A stretch of DNA of 64,000 bases from Epiperipatus broadwayi (GCA_028023455.1 JAQFVV010000005.1:5456001-5520000), one strand, 5' to 3'. Positions 25,370-39,559 are shown, counted from the first letter of the stretch. Made by a program: numbers and translations. Notes: a model not told the origin generated them from the letters alone.

Positions 25370-27755
25370 AAAACATATTTATTAAAAATTTTATTTTTCA
25401 AACACATAGCCAAGTAAAAATGATTGGTTAAATAAAAATAGGTCATAATTGTTTTTATGTTGAGATATCTTTTGAGGATAAATATTAAATTTAGAATTGA
25501 GAATCAATAATAGATAAACTGACTTAATTTTTAAAGCAATTCCACATTTATATGAGGTTTCTAAGTAGACTATAAATAGTGCATACAGTTGTTGCATCAT
25601 AATTATAAAAACTGATTAGATATTATAAAGTAGTAATTTTACTTTTTTCTATCATCTATTTTAAAGATAATATTTAACTTAGGATCATGCATTTTTTACT
25701 TTGTATTTTTAACACTGCTGAAAACCAATACACAATACCTCACAAATATTCATATAACATATGGATAAACAAGCATTCATATGATTTTTAATAACTCAAA
25801 ATTTTCATAAGCAAGCATATTATAGAAATTATAATCTTTGTGTATATGGCTGATCTAAAAGTATTCAACCTGTATTATTTATTGCTATGATTTTTTTTGT
25901 TTAGCTTGAAATGTTATAATAATTTGTGCCAAAGGATGACACGATTTTGATCAAAGTACTCTACTGCTTTGTTATCCACATCCGCCTATGAACAGAGAAT
26001 GTAACAAGTAAACAATTTGTTTTGCAATATATATATATATGAGTACAATATGAAATATACAAACACACAAACATTTATTGCTAAATTTATTTACCGGCGA
26101 GAATATTTGTAATAAGTTGGACTTTAAAAAAAAAAAGGATGGGTTATCCTCTTTACTATATATAACAGAATAATGTATCTATAAAATTAAAGCACAACTT
26201 CGAGGAAAAGCTACCGTATGATTCAGCACGGGAAGTAGTCTTCAAATGGATTCATAAACACCTGCAAATGAAGTCACTGCAGCATTTAATCAAATCCTCA
26301 CAGCAATTCATCAATGAGCCGTTACAACTTAAAATATTCCAGTTTGTTAATAGGAGAATATTATTTGAAAGCAATAGTAGTGGTTTTAAAATGTCAAACT
26401 GTCAAATGTCAGTTTTAGAAAGAAAAAAATGACAAAACCGTATTATTATTATATAAATAATTGTAACTGTTAGATCCCTCCTCCCCTGCCAATCTTCAGC
26501 CTCAAATATTCTTTAGAATTCTTGAATCCTCAGTACATACTATTCTTTCATTCAAGATGAGTCATTATTTTCTTTATTTGAATATTTATAAACTTCCCTT
26601 TGTCAGCCTGAGAAATAAGTCAACTCGAGATAACTTTAAAACTGATAAAATGGAAAACAACTCTTCACGAAGACAATTACAAATAGAAGATAGCCATCTC
26701 ATAGGAGTTTACATATTTAATTACATGTTTGAGTTATATCCCAAACTGGTTTAAACTGGTTACTAATACACAGATTATGTGCCGGTTCCTAGTATTTGAA
26801 GACTATAAAATAGAATCAAATAATTTTATATCTAAGTCGAACAAATCACAACTCTAGGCGTTCAACTAAACTTGATCTATTTCTGCAAGCTGGGCTCCGA
26901 AGATCAAGTGTACTAGGAAGTGAAAAGTACCTTTGTAATTGTGCAACATTATTTTTCATATCTGATGAGTATGTGTGTGAACATTTATTTTCTACATAGG
27001 TAGATATACATTTTTAATAATTATATTTATTTTCTACAGAGATGGGTATAAATTTCTGCATATTAGACATTATCTCAACATTTATGTCTTTATTTGAAAT
27101 CATCGGTTGAACTTGAGATTTAAAATAAATTTATACTACAAATGCATAATTACTCTATATTATTATTCTATAGAGAGAATTCATACTTGTTCAAAATCTC
27201 AATGTTAAGAGATTGTTTTATGTTGCATATCTAAAATTTAAATGGGATAAGATTTTTGCAAAAATTTACAATTATGATCTAACAGACCTAAGTAAAAAAA
27301 AGAGAACATTGTGCTAAATAGTCTACCTACATCTCTCGACCTTTTTTTCATTCACAGGGAATCATCAAAAAAACTACTGATATATTAAGTGATAAATCTA
27401 CATAATAGTAAATAATATATATGTGTGTGTGTAATATTAAAGTAATGCAAACAATAAATACTATTTAATATGAAAATTATGGCTTGAAAATCAAAAAGAA
27501 CAAAAGTTTTTAATTAATAAATAGAATAAATTTATTACACTATAACAATTATAAATAAAAAACAGCATGAATGTAAAATAAATGTAATATTTTGGAGATT
27601 TTTTCTGTAAAAAATATGAACAAAATATATGTGAGTTTTATATCTTATCTTGCACTTGTTTGAACAATAAATAACAATAATACAAAAAACATTATAACAG
27701 AAAACAAAATAAATTAAATAGACCGAAAATAATTGTGACATGTAGGTGTCATAAT

Positions 27756-28166
27756 AAAGCAAAACTCTCCATATAGTAGTGCCATCTTGTGCTAACAAGA
27801 GCAATCAATGGATGCCAGAAGGCTTGCGCATAAAATCCCTATCTAGTGCCTACTCATCCAATATCCCCAGACTAGTTTCTGGCTTGTGGCCTTCATCAGT
27901 GAGGAGCCTTGGATCTGAGAGCACTGCACCTAGATCTTAGGATCTGATGCACCCCTCCAGCACCCACCTTTTAACTCTATTTACCTACAAAACTATGAGA
28001 ATGAAATTGAAAACACATATTTTCAATTCAAGCTCAATAGCTTATATAGTCATATGGGTCTGAACTCAATTCAGCACTCATACATTTTGGTGTCTTTGGT
28101 TCTTTAACAACCATAGCCACCACTATCCTATTAAGTGCTAGTATGAAATAGTGATCATGTGATGTT
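27756..28166 (-). mobile_element. Family A element, circularly permuted, 5'-inverted, with 13-bp TSD
   Basis: TAGGTGTCATAAT at 27743-27755 and 28167-28179; the body aligns to the 17720-18160 monomer. Confidence 0.9.
27864..27905 (-). ncRNA. Minimal type I hammerhead ribozyme, family A (best copy)
   Basis: Minus strand TCCTCA-CTGATGA-A-GGC-CACAA-GCC-A-GAAAC-TA-GTC-TGGGGA. Confidence 0.9.
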
Positions 28167-28179
28167 TAGGTGTCATAAT

Positions 28180-28850
28180 CATGGTTTGTCAATAATTTTG
28201 AAGTTTATTGTTATTGATTTAAAAAATCCATTTTTGCTAATTTGAATGCTATTGACTCTTTGATTCATTATATATTTATTTTGCACAATAGCCAAGCCTT
28301 TTTCATTTTCTGTCATTTCTTTCTTTACACATTATCTTAAAAATGCCAGGGTCAAAGTCATGTCCATAGTTCTTTTCAGTGGTTATAAAAAACCATTTAT
28401 TAAATCTGTCTTAGCTTTCTTGCACATTAATGTATGCTGTGCCATCCTTATCCTTAAATCTGCCTTTATGTGTAGGGGTAATTTTCTTGAATGCAGCCTA
28501 CTATGGATGCAGCCAAACAAATTATCCTTAAACATACTATGATGAAACAAATACAAATGTAAGGACAAGAATGTCACAATGGGCATTAATGTACAAGAAA
28601 GCTAAGATTGATTTAGCAAATGTATCAGTCTTTCATAACCATGAAAAGGATTGTGGACATGAGTTTGATCCTGATATTGTTGAGATAATGTGTGAAGAAA
28701 GGAATGATAGAAAAAGAAAAATCAAAGAAGCTAGGTTTATTGTGCAAAATGAATACATAATAAATCAAAGAGTCAATAGCATTCAATTTAGCAAAAAATG
28801 GATTTCTTAAATCATTAACAATAAATTTCAAACTTATTGACAACCATGAT
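28180..28850. mobile_element. Head-to-head duplicated 3' end of a PLE GIY-YIG endonuclease
   Basis: Plus arm reads HNHEKDCGHEFDPDIVEIMCEERNDRKRKIKEARFIVQNEYIINQR (H..GH.F..E.N..KR...EA..I, typical of PLE endonuclease C-termini). ~28180-28460 is its reverse complement (RIRMAQH..KKAKTDL). Confidence 0.8.
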
Positions 28851-31709
28851 TGTAATGCTTGTGCATCAGAAGTATATTCAATTTATTTTGTTTTCTTTTA
28901 TAGGGTTTTTCTATTACTAATAATAGCAGAGTATCAAAATATTAAATAGTTGTTGTGTATTCAAAATGCAAAAATTCCGAATACCAATAAATAAAACAAT
29001 AAATGATAATAGTGAAAAGTTGTTGCTACACATGCTGTTGTGTTTTGTATAAATATGTTTATGGGAATTTAAATTGGCACAGGTCACAGTCATATGTGAA
29101 CCTTGGGTGTAAAGACTCAACAAGTTGGTACAGTCACAGTTGTATTTGAACCCTGAGTGTAAGGACACAGCAATAGTATCAGTAAATAAAGATATTTATG
29201 ACTTCCCAACCTGTACAAATGTTTGCCCTTGTTGGTCATCAGAAGTACAACCATGAATTTTTTATTTAAAAAAAACATTCCTCATGTTCATAGTATTGGG
29301 TTTTTTTGTTTGTACTACTTGTTAATTAAAAAGTTTTTTCTTTTTTACTTTATAGTATTTTTTCATAGTAAAAAATATGGCAGCAGAATAGCAGCAATCT
29401 GTAATTCTACTCACTGATGCCAGTAATATTATGTTTAACTTAATATTATATATATATTATTCAAATAATTGTAAGATAAAACAATTAATTAATTTTTTTT
29501 TTGTTGGTTGTACTATTTATACTTTGTAACTTTTATTTTTATACCATTTGTTATTTGTAATTGTAATTTAATAGAGTACTATTTGTTAATTAAAATTTTT
29601 TTTTTTTATCTATTTATATAAAATAGATCTTGTTTAGTATGTCAGAGTGGTCCCCCATATGTGAAAAAAAGTTCCTGAGCACATACTAAAATGGTATCAG
29701 CCAAATATCTTATAAAGTATTCTTCCAAACAGAAACTAGAGTAAAAATTGCTCATCAAGCTAATCAAATTTAATTCATAAGGGTTTTTGAGTTATTACAA
29801 AGAATCACTAGTGACTAATTAGCAATTGCTGAAAATTTTCTAAACTTGTTTCTAATCCTAAACTACATATAAAAAAATTCTTCCAGATTTGTTAGGGCAT
29901 GACAGACAAATGCACTAACCACTATACTATATGGGTTTTCAACTATCTGATTACATAAAATGAACAAACGAACTGGAAGAGGTTCTTGTAAATGGCAAAT
30001 AATCTTACAATCTGCCACTCTATTTTTATCATGCTAAGAAATAAAGTACACTTAGTAATTAATTAAAGATAAGTTTAACTTACTTATACTGAATAGTAAC
30101 GTGAAAGGCTGAAACCTTTGACTGAATCCTATAATTAATCGTTTAAAATTTCGTGTGATATTCAAGCCCAAAAAGTGATGGATTGAACTTCGATCCAAAA
30201 ACTATTTAATCCTCAAATACATCAGTCACACAGGGCACTTACATATATATAAAACAATTTAGCATGAGCCAAAAGAAAATATACATGTGTATGTGTGTTA
30301 ATAAATGTTATAAAAATAAATAATTTATAGATATATATTAGCTTTAAATGCTTTCTCGAGATTTAACTGTAATCTAAAAAAGTATTTAATCAAACAACTT
30401 ATTTAAATTTGATAACAAAGATCTACTTTCTTTACGATCAAAATCATTTTTGACTTGTAATGTTCTACCTGCATTTTTAGCCTTAATCTAGATTTTCTTC
30501 TTACCATGGCAATAATAAAATACTTTATTAAAACTCAACTATAGTAACCACAGCAACTAACATACAGAAAGATAACAGGACTTCAGAGAGAACGAAGTGG
30601 AGTTTCACATTAACATCATCAGATTTGATTAAAAGCATTCAACTTAAAAATTTAAATAATAAAATAAAAACAGAAATGAGAATCTCTCCCCTCTCTTCTA
30701 ACTTATAATAGAATAAGCTTTTTAAGAAATAAATAGAAAGAAGTTAATAATGTAATACGATCAATAAAATTACTTGTAGCAATGTTAAAATTATTAGAAT
30801 GAATAAAGTAAATCAAAGAAGCGCATTCAAATCAAATTCCATTAAAGATATCACATTTTCAATTAATTATTCAAAAAATTAGTTTTACGAAGTGGAATAT
30901 AAATAAGATTTGAAATAAAAATTTTAAAATGTACTTCCTTAAGAGATATCAGAGAAGAAAATCAACTTCTCACCTCATTGTTCAAGAACAGTTCATAGTG
31001 GCTCAATAATATTTAATTAAATTATTAGAGACCATGGAGCAGGAGAGGGAATGTATAACATAATTCTCATCTTCTTCACCTAATATCTAAATGCATCAAC
31101 TGTATGAATTGCAACATTACTTTTTGGAAGATGATATGGTCTGCAACCAATATTTCCAACTTAAGGTAATCTTGGTTCTCCAAAATATTAAAATAGTAAT
31201 CAGCTGTGATATAACTATATAAAATGGTTATCTAAATTACAATAGTTCCATCACCATGAATTATGGTTGGAAAAGGGAGTCTAATTGATATGTTTCTTTT
31301 AATGATAAGACAGTGTTTTTACATAGTAACATTCATATCAAAGTCAGCATCTTTGAAAAGACTACTCATCTATTAATAATCACTTGTAAAGCTTAAGTAT
31401 TCAGAGATGCATAAAACTCATTTGTTCTGCTGTAATTGTGTGTGGTTTTGAATATATATTGTCCCTTGATTCTGTGTGATTTAGTGGTGGCAGTGGCAGA
31501 TTCAAAAACTAAAAATACCTGAAGCTCAAAATCTATCATTTCCAGTATTCTAACATAATTGGCTCATATCAATAAGCATTGGTTTCCAATCATACTCTGT
31601 TTTAACAAGTTTCATTCTCCATTTCTGTGAAAGCAATTATCTCTTTTCAGAGATTATCAGTCTTAAAATACTGAAATGTCTGTGGTTTTGAACACAAATA
31701 TTCCATGTA

Positions 31710-31810
31710 GTCAAGCATTGTTAGCTGAGAGGTCAGCGCAGCCATCTGGTTGCAGATGGTTGTTGCGGGTTCGTCTCCCAGCTGATGCTATGACATATGG
31801 AGAAAAAAAA
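31710..31810 (+). mobile_element. Short tRNA-derived SINE, CpG-decayed copy
   Basis: Same family as 25265-25369; 10-bp direct repeat ATTCCATGTA at 31700-31709 and 31811-31820; folds as a cloverleaf. Confidence 0.87.
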
Positions 31811-32847
31811 ATTCCATGTAATTAGTGACAATAATTTGATATCTTTTAAATCAATCTGATATTTCTTTTCCAGACTTGTAAAACTGAATCAACTTCCTGC
31901 CAGATAAATTTTATCATGCTCATATGATGCTATATTATAAATATGATTAATTCAAACAAATACCATAATATATAAGTAAAAATATTAATACACAACAGAC
32001 AATAAATGGAAAATAAAATAGGAATTTCAGAACAAGAAATTCATAATAATTCATTAAAAAGATAACATTGTATAATGTATTTATTAGAGTATGAGAAGTA
32101 TCATTTCAAAGATCATCTGTGCCCAAAACATAAAACAATTTTGTATATATAAACACACACATGTGTGTGCTTATATATAGTAAGATCTCTATAACTGTTA
32201 TTTGGTTCCAAATTTTCCAGTGAATACCCATAACATTGAATATTATTGAATGTTAGACAAAATATATTTAAAACAAATGCCCATATCTGATAAGATATGA
32301 AGGAAAACAAATCAGCAAATGTAAATAAATGATATCTAAATGACACTCAGCATCAAGCCTGATGTTGGGCAGTCAAATGTATCAAAATGCTACATAGACC
32401 ATATGTTAGTTTGTAGGTATATATAATATATCTAACATTCAAGCTACTGATGGTGATAAAAACAAACACTTTCTATTATTTAAAATTATTTCATCATAAT
32501 GTCCTTTACAAAATATTGGTTATATTTTCAGTAAAAGCATCTATCCTTAAATGGTTGATAACATGTGTAGTCTATAAAAATAGCTCTTTATTTGTACCTA
32601 TAAGGATAATGGTACTAGGCACTACATTCAGAATGAAAGGTTATCCTGAGAACTTGATCCTAATCTTTCTGTATTTTTATTCTCATCTGTAATTACTTCC
32701 TAGTTCTAGCTAGCATAATGCATAGACTTTAATAATGATTATTGCACTTATTAACTACGTTTAAATACTTATTTATGGAGAGATAAAAATAGCCATACAT
32801 GAGAGAATAAAATGAGAATAAGCTGGGTCAACAAGCTACTGTCATTT

Positions 32848-32915
32848 ATTAATGCAAATGAAATGAAGCAATGGATGTAGCATTAATGCAAATGAAATGA
32901 AGCAATGGATGTAGC
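32848..32915 (+). repeat. Perfect 34-bp tandem duplication
   Basis: ATTAATGCAAATGAAATGAAGCAATGGATGTAGC x2. Confidence 0.95.
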
Positions 32916-35900
32916 TGAACTATGGATATATATGTGTACATTAGGTAGTTTGAATATTACATTCAGATATAGTTTAGTTCTCTAGTTAAATACTAGTTTG
33001 GTTTTTACTTTATTTCATTATTATCCATCAAATCATGGAACTATTATTCCTTAAAATACAGACTTGGTAATATATGGCTAATGCTTTGGATGCATTCATC
33101 TTCCAACTTAAATGTTAACATATGAAAGAAAAAATATATATTCACACAACTACACACACACACTAAAAAGGAAACATTGAATTTTATTTTCAATTATAAA
33201 ATCTTGAACTATCCTTGCAATAGGCAAAAATGTCTTCTCATAAAATCCCAAAGTGGAAGCAATAATTTTTTTTACAAGTATTATTAAGTGCCATAGTCTA
33301 TGCACTTGTTAGGTATCTTATATATATAGTAAATCTTCAATCAGAAAGCCTATTAATAAATTACAATAGGTATCCCTTTTCTAGAACAGTCTTCTCTAAT
33401 TCATATGTAAATTATATATTGGTATCATTGCAGATCAGTTTGTGTTATTGCAATAAGAACACATGAGTTTGTGGCAGATTAATTGGAACTTAATTTGATT
33501 TTAATGACTATGAAAAACATAAAAATTGAAAGAATATTATATATATATATTATGATTACAGATATGAAAATAAATAATATAAGTATGTGTATTTCCATGT
33601 TCATTTACTTCACTACATGAATTAAGTTTTTTTAAGGACATTTAATAGTACACAAGTGAAACCACCAAATATACTTGAATAAAATACCCTTGAAATATTA
33701 TAAGAAACAGGCAAAAGTTCATTATATGTAAATGGTTAATATTTGTAATAAATCTAAAAAAAAAGTTCAAACCTTTACACAATGCTTTATTCAATTATCT
33801 GACAGTTTTGATCATCTAGCAGTCTTCTTCACATATGTTAACTACAATTGCATTACATTATTTCTAAAGAAATTTTATTTTATTATTCTGAAGAAAACTG
33901 TTAAACAGTGAAAACTGTCATATAGTGCAAAAAAGGAGCAATTTTTTTTAGATATTTATTTAATATAAGCAATGCAAAAAGAAGGGAAAAGTATTAATAT
34001 TTTGGTTATTATATATTTTAAATTTCAATGAAAAATTATTTTTTTACAATTCTTTTATTTCTTTTGATTGTTTCCCTAATTGGGAGAATAAGTAGACAGA
34101 AAATACCCATGTCACTATTTCTAGGATGAATCACAAATTATTTCCTCAGTCCTGTCCAATGACATATTTTGTTGAAGAAAAAAATAAGATCAAATATAAA
34201 AATTTGTGTCTAAGTTGCAAAAATTATTCAGATATCATCAATAGGGCCAGAAAAATATTTTTTTATACCTATAATGTCATTAAAGCATTTCCAGATTTTT
34301 ATTTAAAAATTTTGATTTGGACAATTTAAAATAAAACTTTTAGTTGAAGAACAAATAAAGGTATCTATTGAAAAATATTATTAAAATATAAAGAATAATA
34401 TTTAGCATCAAAATAAATGTGCTCAATTATCATATTACTATTGCACTATTTAAAAAATCTGAAGGTGAAATATTTTATAGAAGCAGCAAGCAATCCAATC
34501 TATATCATTCTACACTAGAGCTATCTGTATAAAAAATGAATAATCAAAATGCACACTTAGATGGCTATTAATGCAAATATTCAATATAAACTAGAAGACT
34601 GTTTTGATATAAATAAATCACTACCATAAGCCAGTATTAATTTAATATAAAATTTAATAATATTATCAGTTTCTGTTACACACATATTTAATAAACTTTT
34701 TTCTGTATGTTTTGGTGCCAGTACATTTTTTAAAACTTAATGTGATTTTTGTTTTAGTTTCATTTCTGCATGTATTGTTGTGTCACCTCTATAAACATTT
34801 CATGATAATAATCTTATTTAATCTAGTTAGAATATTTATCTATATGTATTGTCTTCATAAAAATTATTTTTTTTCAACTAATAATAAATTCTAAAGTGAT
34901 GTGCTCAGAGAGTCATGTGATGTTCAATTTTTCACATAGTCAATTAAGCACAATAGTTCCATTAAATTCATTAACTGAGATTTTCTTTAAAAAAAACTTA
35001 GTTTAACTTGGAAATAATCCATATATTTTTAGCTCTTAAGCCTGTCATGTTATCATTGTGCTAAACCATGCGGTATATATAAACAAATTGCAGGTTAGGT
35101 TAAAATGTTTATTTTTTACCATAATTTCTAATTGAAATGCCAAATAAAGAGTCATATCATAAAAAAATACGCAGAATAATATCTAGCCATCAAAATAAAA
35201 TGATACAACATTGGAGGTATTTTGCAAACATTTGTAAATCAATTCAAAATCACAATAGAAATAATTTTTTTCATGTCTTGATGACTATATCGGGCATTAT
35301 CTTCCATTTTTTAATTCTAACTGATGAAAGCAAAAAATCAAAAACAGTTTTATACCATCTGGTATCCAATTTTTTTATTCATATTTCCAAAAGATAGCTC
35401 AATAATAGGATGAAGAGAAATGCTATTGGAAGAATATTAAGAAAGTAATAATATCATTATTAACTGCATGTCATTATTCTATGACTGATTTTTAACTAAT
35501 TGTAAATTTTGATCTAATGAAGCTCTTATAAAATTCTTACAAAAAAGATTTGATGGATCTTCAAAATATAAGCAATGATGTTTCTTCATCTGAAAATGTG
35601 ACTATATTAATTAATCTAATCTCATCTCTGTATTATTATTGCCTCATTTCACTGCAAATAAATCTTACTCATACTTGCCATATATTGTTTAACAAATAGT
35701 TTGCCATATATAGTTTAACACTGTAGTAGACTATTAGATTCAAGAACTAAAAGTTCCAGAGTCAAAGTTGACTTTCTGAGCAATTAACTATTCTTTTTTT
35801 TTTTTTTAAATCATACTTTATCACATATATAAAGTATACTCATAATACTTTGTTAGATTTATAATTAATATATCATGTTTCAATTATTAACTTAAAATTT

Positions 35901-36999
35901 TTTATTTTATTTTTGGGTTATCTACGAGTTTAATAAGTGTGTTCAATGATTACTGTATGTATAATGTTATGTATACAAATAATAAATCATTATAAAAATA
36001 AAATTAAAAACTATAATGATTTATAATTTACATATTGAATTAATAAATCCAATTATTAAACTGATGTTCTTAAAATGTGGATAAAAAAGACTTAACTGCA
36101 GTTAAAGTTTACCAAGCAACCCTGAATATTAAAGTGCTAAATTCATTATAGTAAAGGATTGGTAAACAATAACAGACTACTTCTAAAGATAATAAAGGGT
36201 TATTGCTTGATTACAATAGTCTATTGACTATTTATCTCAATCTGTTTTTAGCATAAAAATTATAATACTAAAGGAAAAAATTAAAATTCTATTTTCAATT
36301 TTTAAACCATGTGATTCATATATATTATCAATATGATGGACTTGCAAAAAGCTTTAAATTTGTGCCTTTTTTATTGGATATAAAGTAATTTCATTACCAA
36401 GCTAAAACATTTCACCAAATATGAGATATACTAAAGAGAATAAAATTATTATCTCTCTTTAAATGATATAATTTCCTTTTAATGAATAAAAATGTTATTT
36501 TTAGTCAGATTTCTATGAAGTTAAAGGGTAATTGAGAAATTTTTCAAAGATTCATGAGCTAAATAATTAAATTACACATAAATATACATAAACTAAATGA
36601 ATAAGATATATTTTACACACCAATCAAGTGACACATGACAATATGACTTTTTCACCTTGATATGTAGACTGACTTTTGAATATCATGCAATAATTCCTTC
36701 TGCATAAAGTCAATAATCTATAAAATAGTCTGCTGATATTGTCAACTAGTGCCCAATAAAGAAAACCATTATTGTCTAATATAATAAAAGTGATAATGAT
36801 TTGAGATATAGCATTGTTCTCTCAAAAAAATCAAAGGAACCATTCTTAGCTGGAGAACAAAGTTCTCCTGGATTACAAGTCTTAAGATCTTCAAAATTTC
36901 AAGTTATTGTATAAATAATATAGCATGAAAAAGAAGATCTCTATATGAATATAATGAAACAATTATTTTACTTGGATAAATGTCATTTATTCAAGAACC

Positions 37000-38520
37000 A
37001 TTAATGGAAATATAATAAGTGTCTTCTGGTGCCATTAGCTTATTTAATATGATAGATATTATGAACCAAAATGTTTTTGTATGCTTAAACTTAGCCTAAT
37101 CACTTATTGTTTTACCAAAATAGAAGAAAATATTAACAATATCCTTCATAAGAAGATATATTCATAGCACATGTATACTTATTTTTTAAGAGTATTATTT
37201 TACAACAACAATAATTTGATTTAGTACAATTAACGAACTTTACAACCCCCAAAAAATAACCAGCATTATTGATTAAACATTTGTAGAATTTTTTGTACAG
37301 TAGTCCTAAACTTTCCATTATTCGTTTTAAAAATATTAACAACACTAAAGTAGTATAGATAGTCTTACTGGTGATGAATTTTTTTAAGATTTCACTTCTA
37401 AAATCAGGTATGTTCTACAATCTGTTGTCTTGTATGCTTTAGTTTTATTTTGAAGGACAGTGATATTTGAGAATGTGCATATCCATCTTATGCCATGTAT
37501 TTTCTTTAGGAAAATTATATGATTTAATTTATAGGAATTCCAAATCACAAAACCATAATTTAAAATTGGTAAAACTAGCATTTGAAACAGACACATTTAT
37601 TTTTCTTAAACATTTTCTGAGAACAAATTGATTATTTTGTAGCTTTTTGCAACAATATACTCAATATTGTTATTAAACATTTCATTATTATTAAAAATAA
37701 TAACTAAGACTTTATGATAATCTTTCTTTAGAAAATGTTTTTAAAGATATGTTGATAGTAGATGATTTTTTAGAGAACAGTATGGTGCAATATTTTTCAA
37801 CATTAATTTCCATATAATTTCTTAGACACCAATCTTGAAATCTTTTGATATCAGATTGTAAAGTTTATTTTCATTCAAATTGGTAATAGTTTTTATAAAA
37901 TGTAATATCATCCACAAAATAAAGAATATTAGTATCAACTGCACATTATATCTAAGGCAAAAAACTAAAAAACAATAGTGATCCAAGTATGTTTCTTTGA
38001 GACATTCCAATAATATTGAATTTGTAAACCCATAAAACACAACATTAAGCCTATTCAATATAATATATACATCTCTGCAGAAGTTGACAAATAAAACCAA
38101 TAATATGTAATTTTGAAACCAACCTAAAGTGATTCACCTTATAAAAGGCATTCATTGAATTATCAATTGCATTTGCAATAGCATCTTGAATATGCATCAA
38201 TCTGGTCTTAACAGATCTACCTGGTATGAAAACATTGTATTTTAGATAAATATTATACACATATTTTTCCAAAATATTCTCAACTATATATAACAAGGAA
38301 ATAATTTCATCCTATATTCAATGGAATATATTTGTAAAATCTTTTGTGTAACTTTATCTTCAACTTCTTCTGGTATTAAAATTTACAGATCTCAATGAAC
38401 ATTTGATATCTTCAAAATGGATATCTCATTTTTTTCTTAAATGCCTCACCCTTTCATAATTCTCAATAATCTTAAACTTTCCCATATATATATCCATGCT
38501 ACCTAAGTTTCCTTTGTTCA
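37000..38520 (-). mobile_element. CR1/Jockey-type LINE reverse transcriptase remnant
   Basis: Minus strand has PGRSVKT, AFYKVNH..LVSKL (KAFDxVxH), GMSQRNILGSLLF (GVPQGSxLGPLLF), VDD-like, and LVLPILNYGFVIWNSY (LVRPxLEYxxxVWxPY). Confidence 0.85.
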
Positions 38521-39559
38521 CTTATATCCATTAGAATTTCTTTAATTTCTAACTTTTCTATTTTAATATTTCTAAAATAATTTATAATTTTATTTGTGTG
38601 TATGTGTGTTTTTACTATAAAATACTGAAGTACTGTATATATTTAAAGCTGCAAACAATAGTCCAAAAATAAGATATTTTTTATTTTATGCTTTAACAAA
38701 TCATTGCTACTACATGGATAGTTTGACATTGCTGTACAGAGAGAAGAAGCATCTAAATGTGATTTCTAAATTTTAAATAATTATAAACTTTAATTCATTA
38801 AAAATATTTAATATTCTAAAACACAAGTAAAAGATAAAAAGATTTTAAATAGTTCCATTTGCAAATTGATGATGGGAGTCTGAACAGTTTTCCATCTTTG
38901 TTTTATCCTCTACTTAAAAATTATTAGACACCTATTTGCTGATCAATAATGGATGAATGATTATCTTGGTTGACTACTGGTGGAACTGTCTCAAAAAAAT
39001 CTTAAACATGTTGACAACATTTTAAGTTTACTCAGCCTGAAATTAAATCCAGTTGTAGGCAAAGTCGATTAGATTTGCACTACAAGGTTCTTAAATATCT
39101 GCTATGTGAGACTTTGTTTTTTAACCTTTAAAATATTTAAACACATGCATGCTCTATGATAACAGACATTAATAAGTAGTATCCATCGATCATCTTTTGA
39201 TCCATGCAATGATATGGTGCTGCACACCTTAAACAAGCAAATCTCATTACACATTTTTATTAAAATCACATAAGTGCTTTTTTTTCATATTTTTCCTTCA
39301 TTTGTATGAAAAAAATATTTGCCATCAAATCTTTTAATTAAATTTCATTAAGAGCATAAGTTCAATAAGATTAATAAATAGTAATAAACTTATCAAAATA
39401 AAGGATTTTGGTCTACATTCTAAAAAATATACTGTACTTAATGAAAAAAAAATTCTTACTAAAATCTTTACATTTTATATAAATTTTATTCAAATAAAAT
39501 GCCTTAAATAAAAATATTAGATAAATTAAAAATTTGAATTTTTCAATCAAATAAATAAT

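Noticed and set aside
26955-26990. CTGATGAGTATG as a hammerhead core
   Set aside because: No stem II, GAAA or stem I complement.
27756-28850. Family A element as the natural terminal repeat of the adjacent GIY-YIG fragment
   Set aside because: The 13-bp TSD around 27756-28166 indicates an independent insertion, and the other endonuclease arm is not followed by family A sequence.
29630-29980. MITE or mariner-like non-autonomous remnant
   Set aside because: The wording is suggestive, but I could not define TIRs or a TSD.
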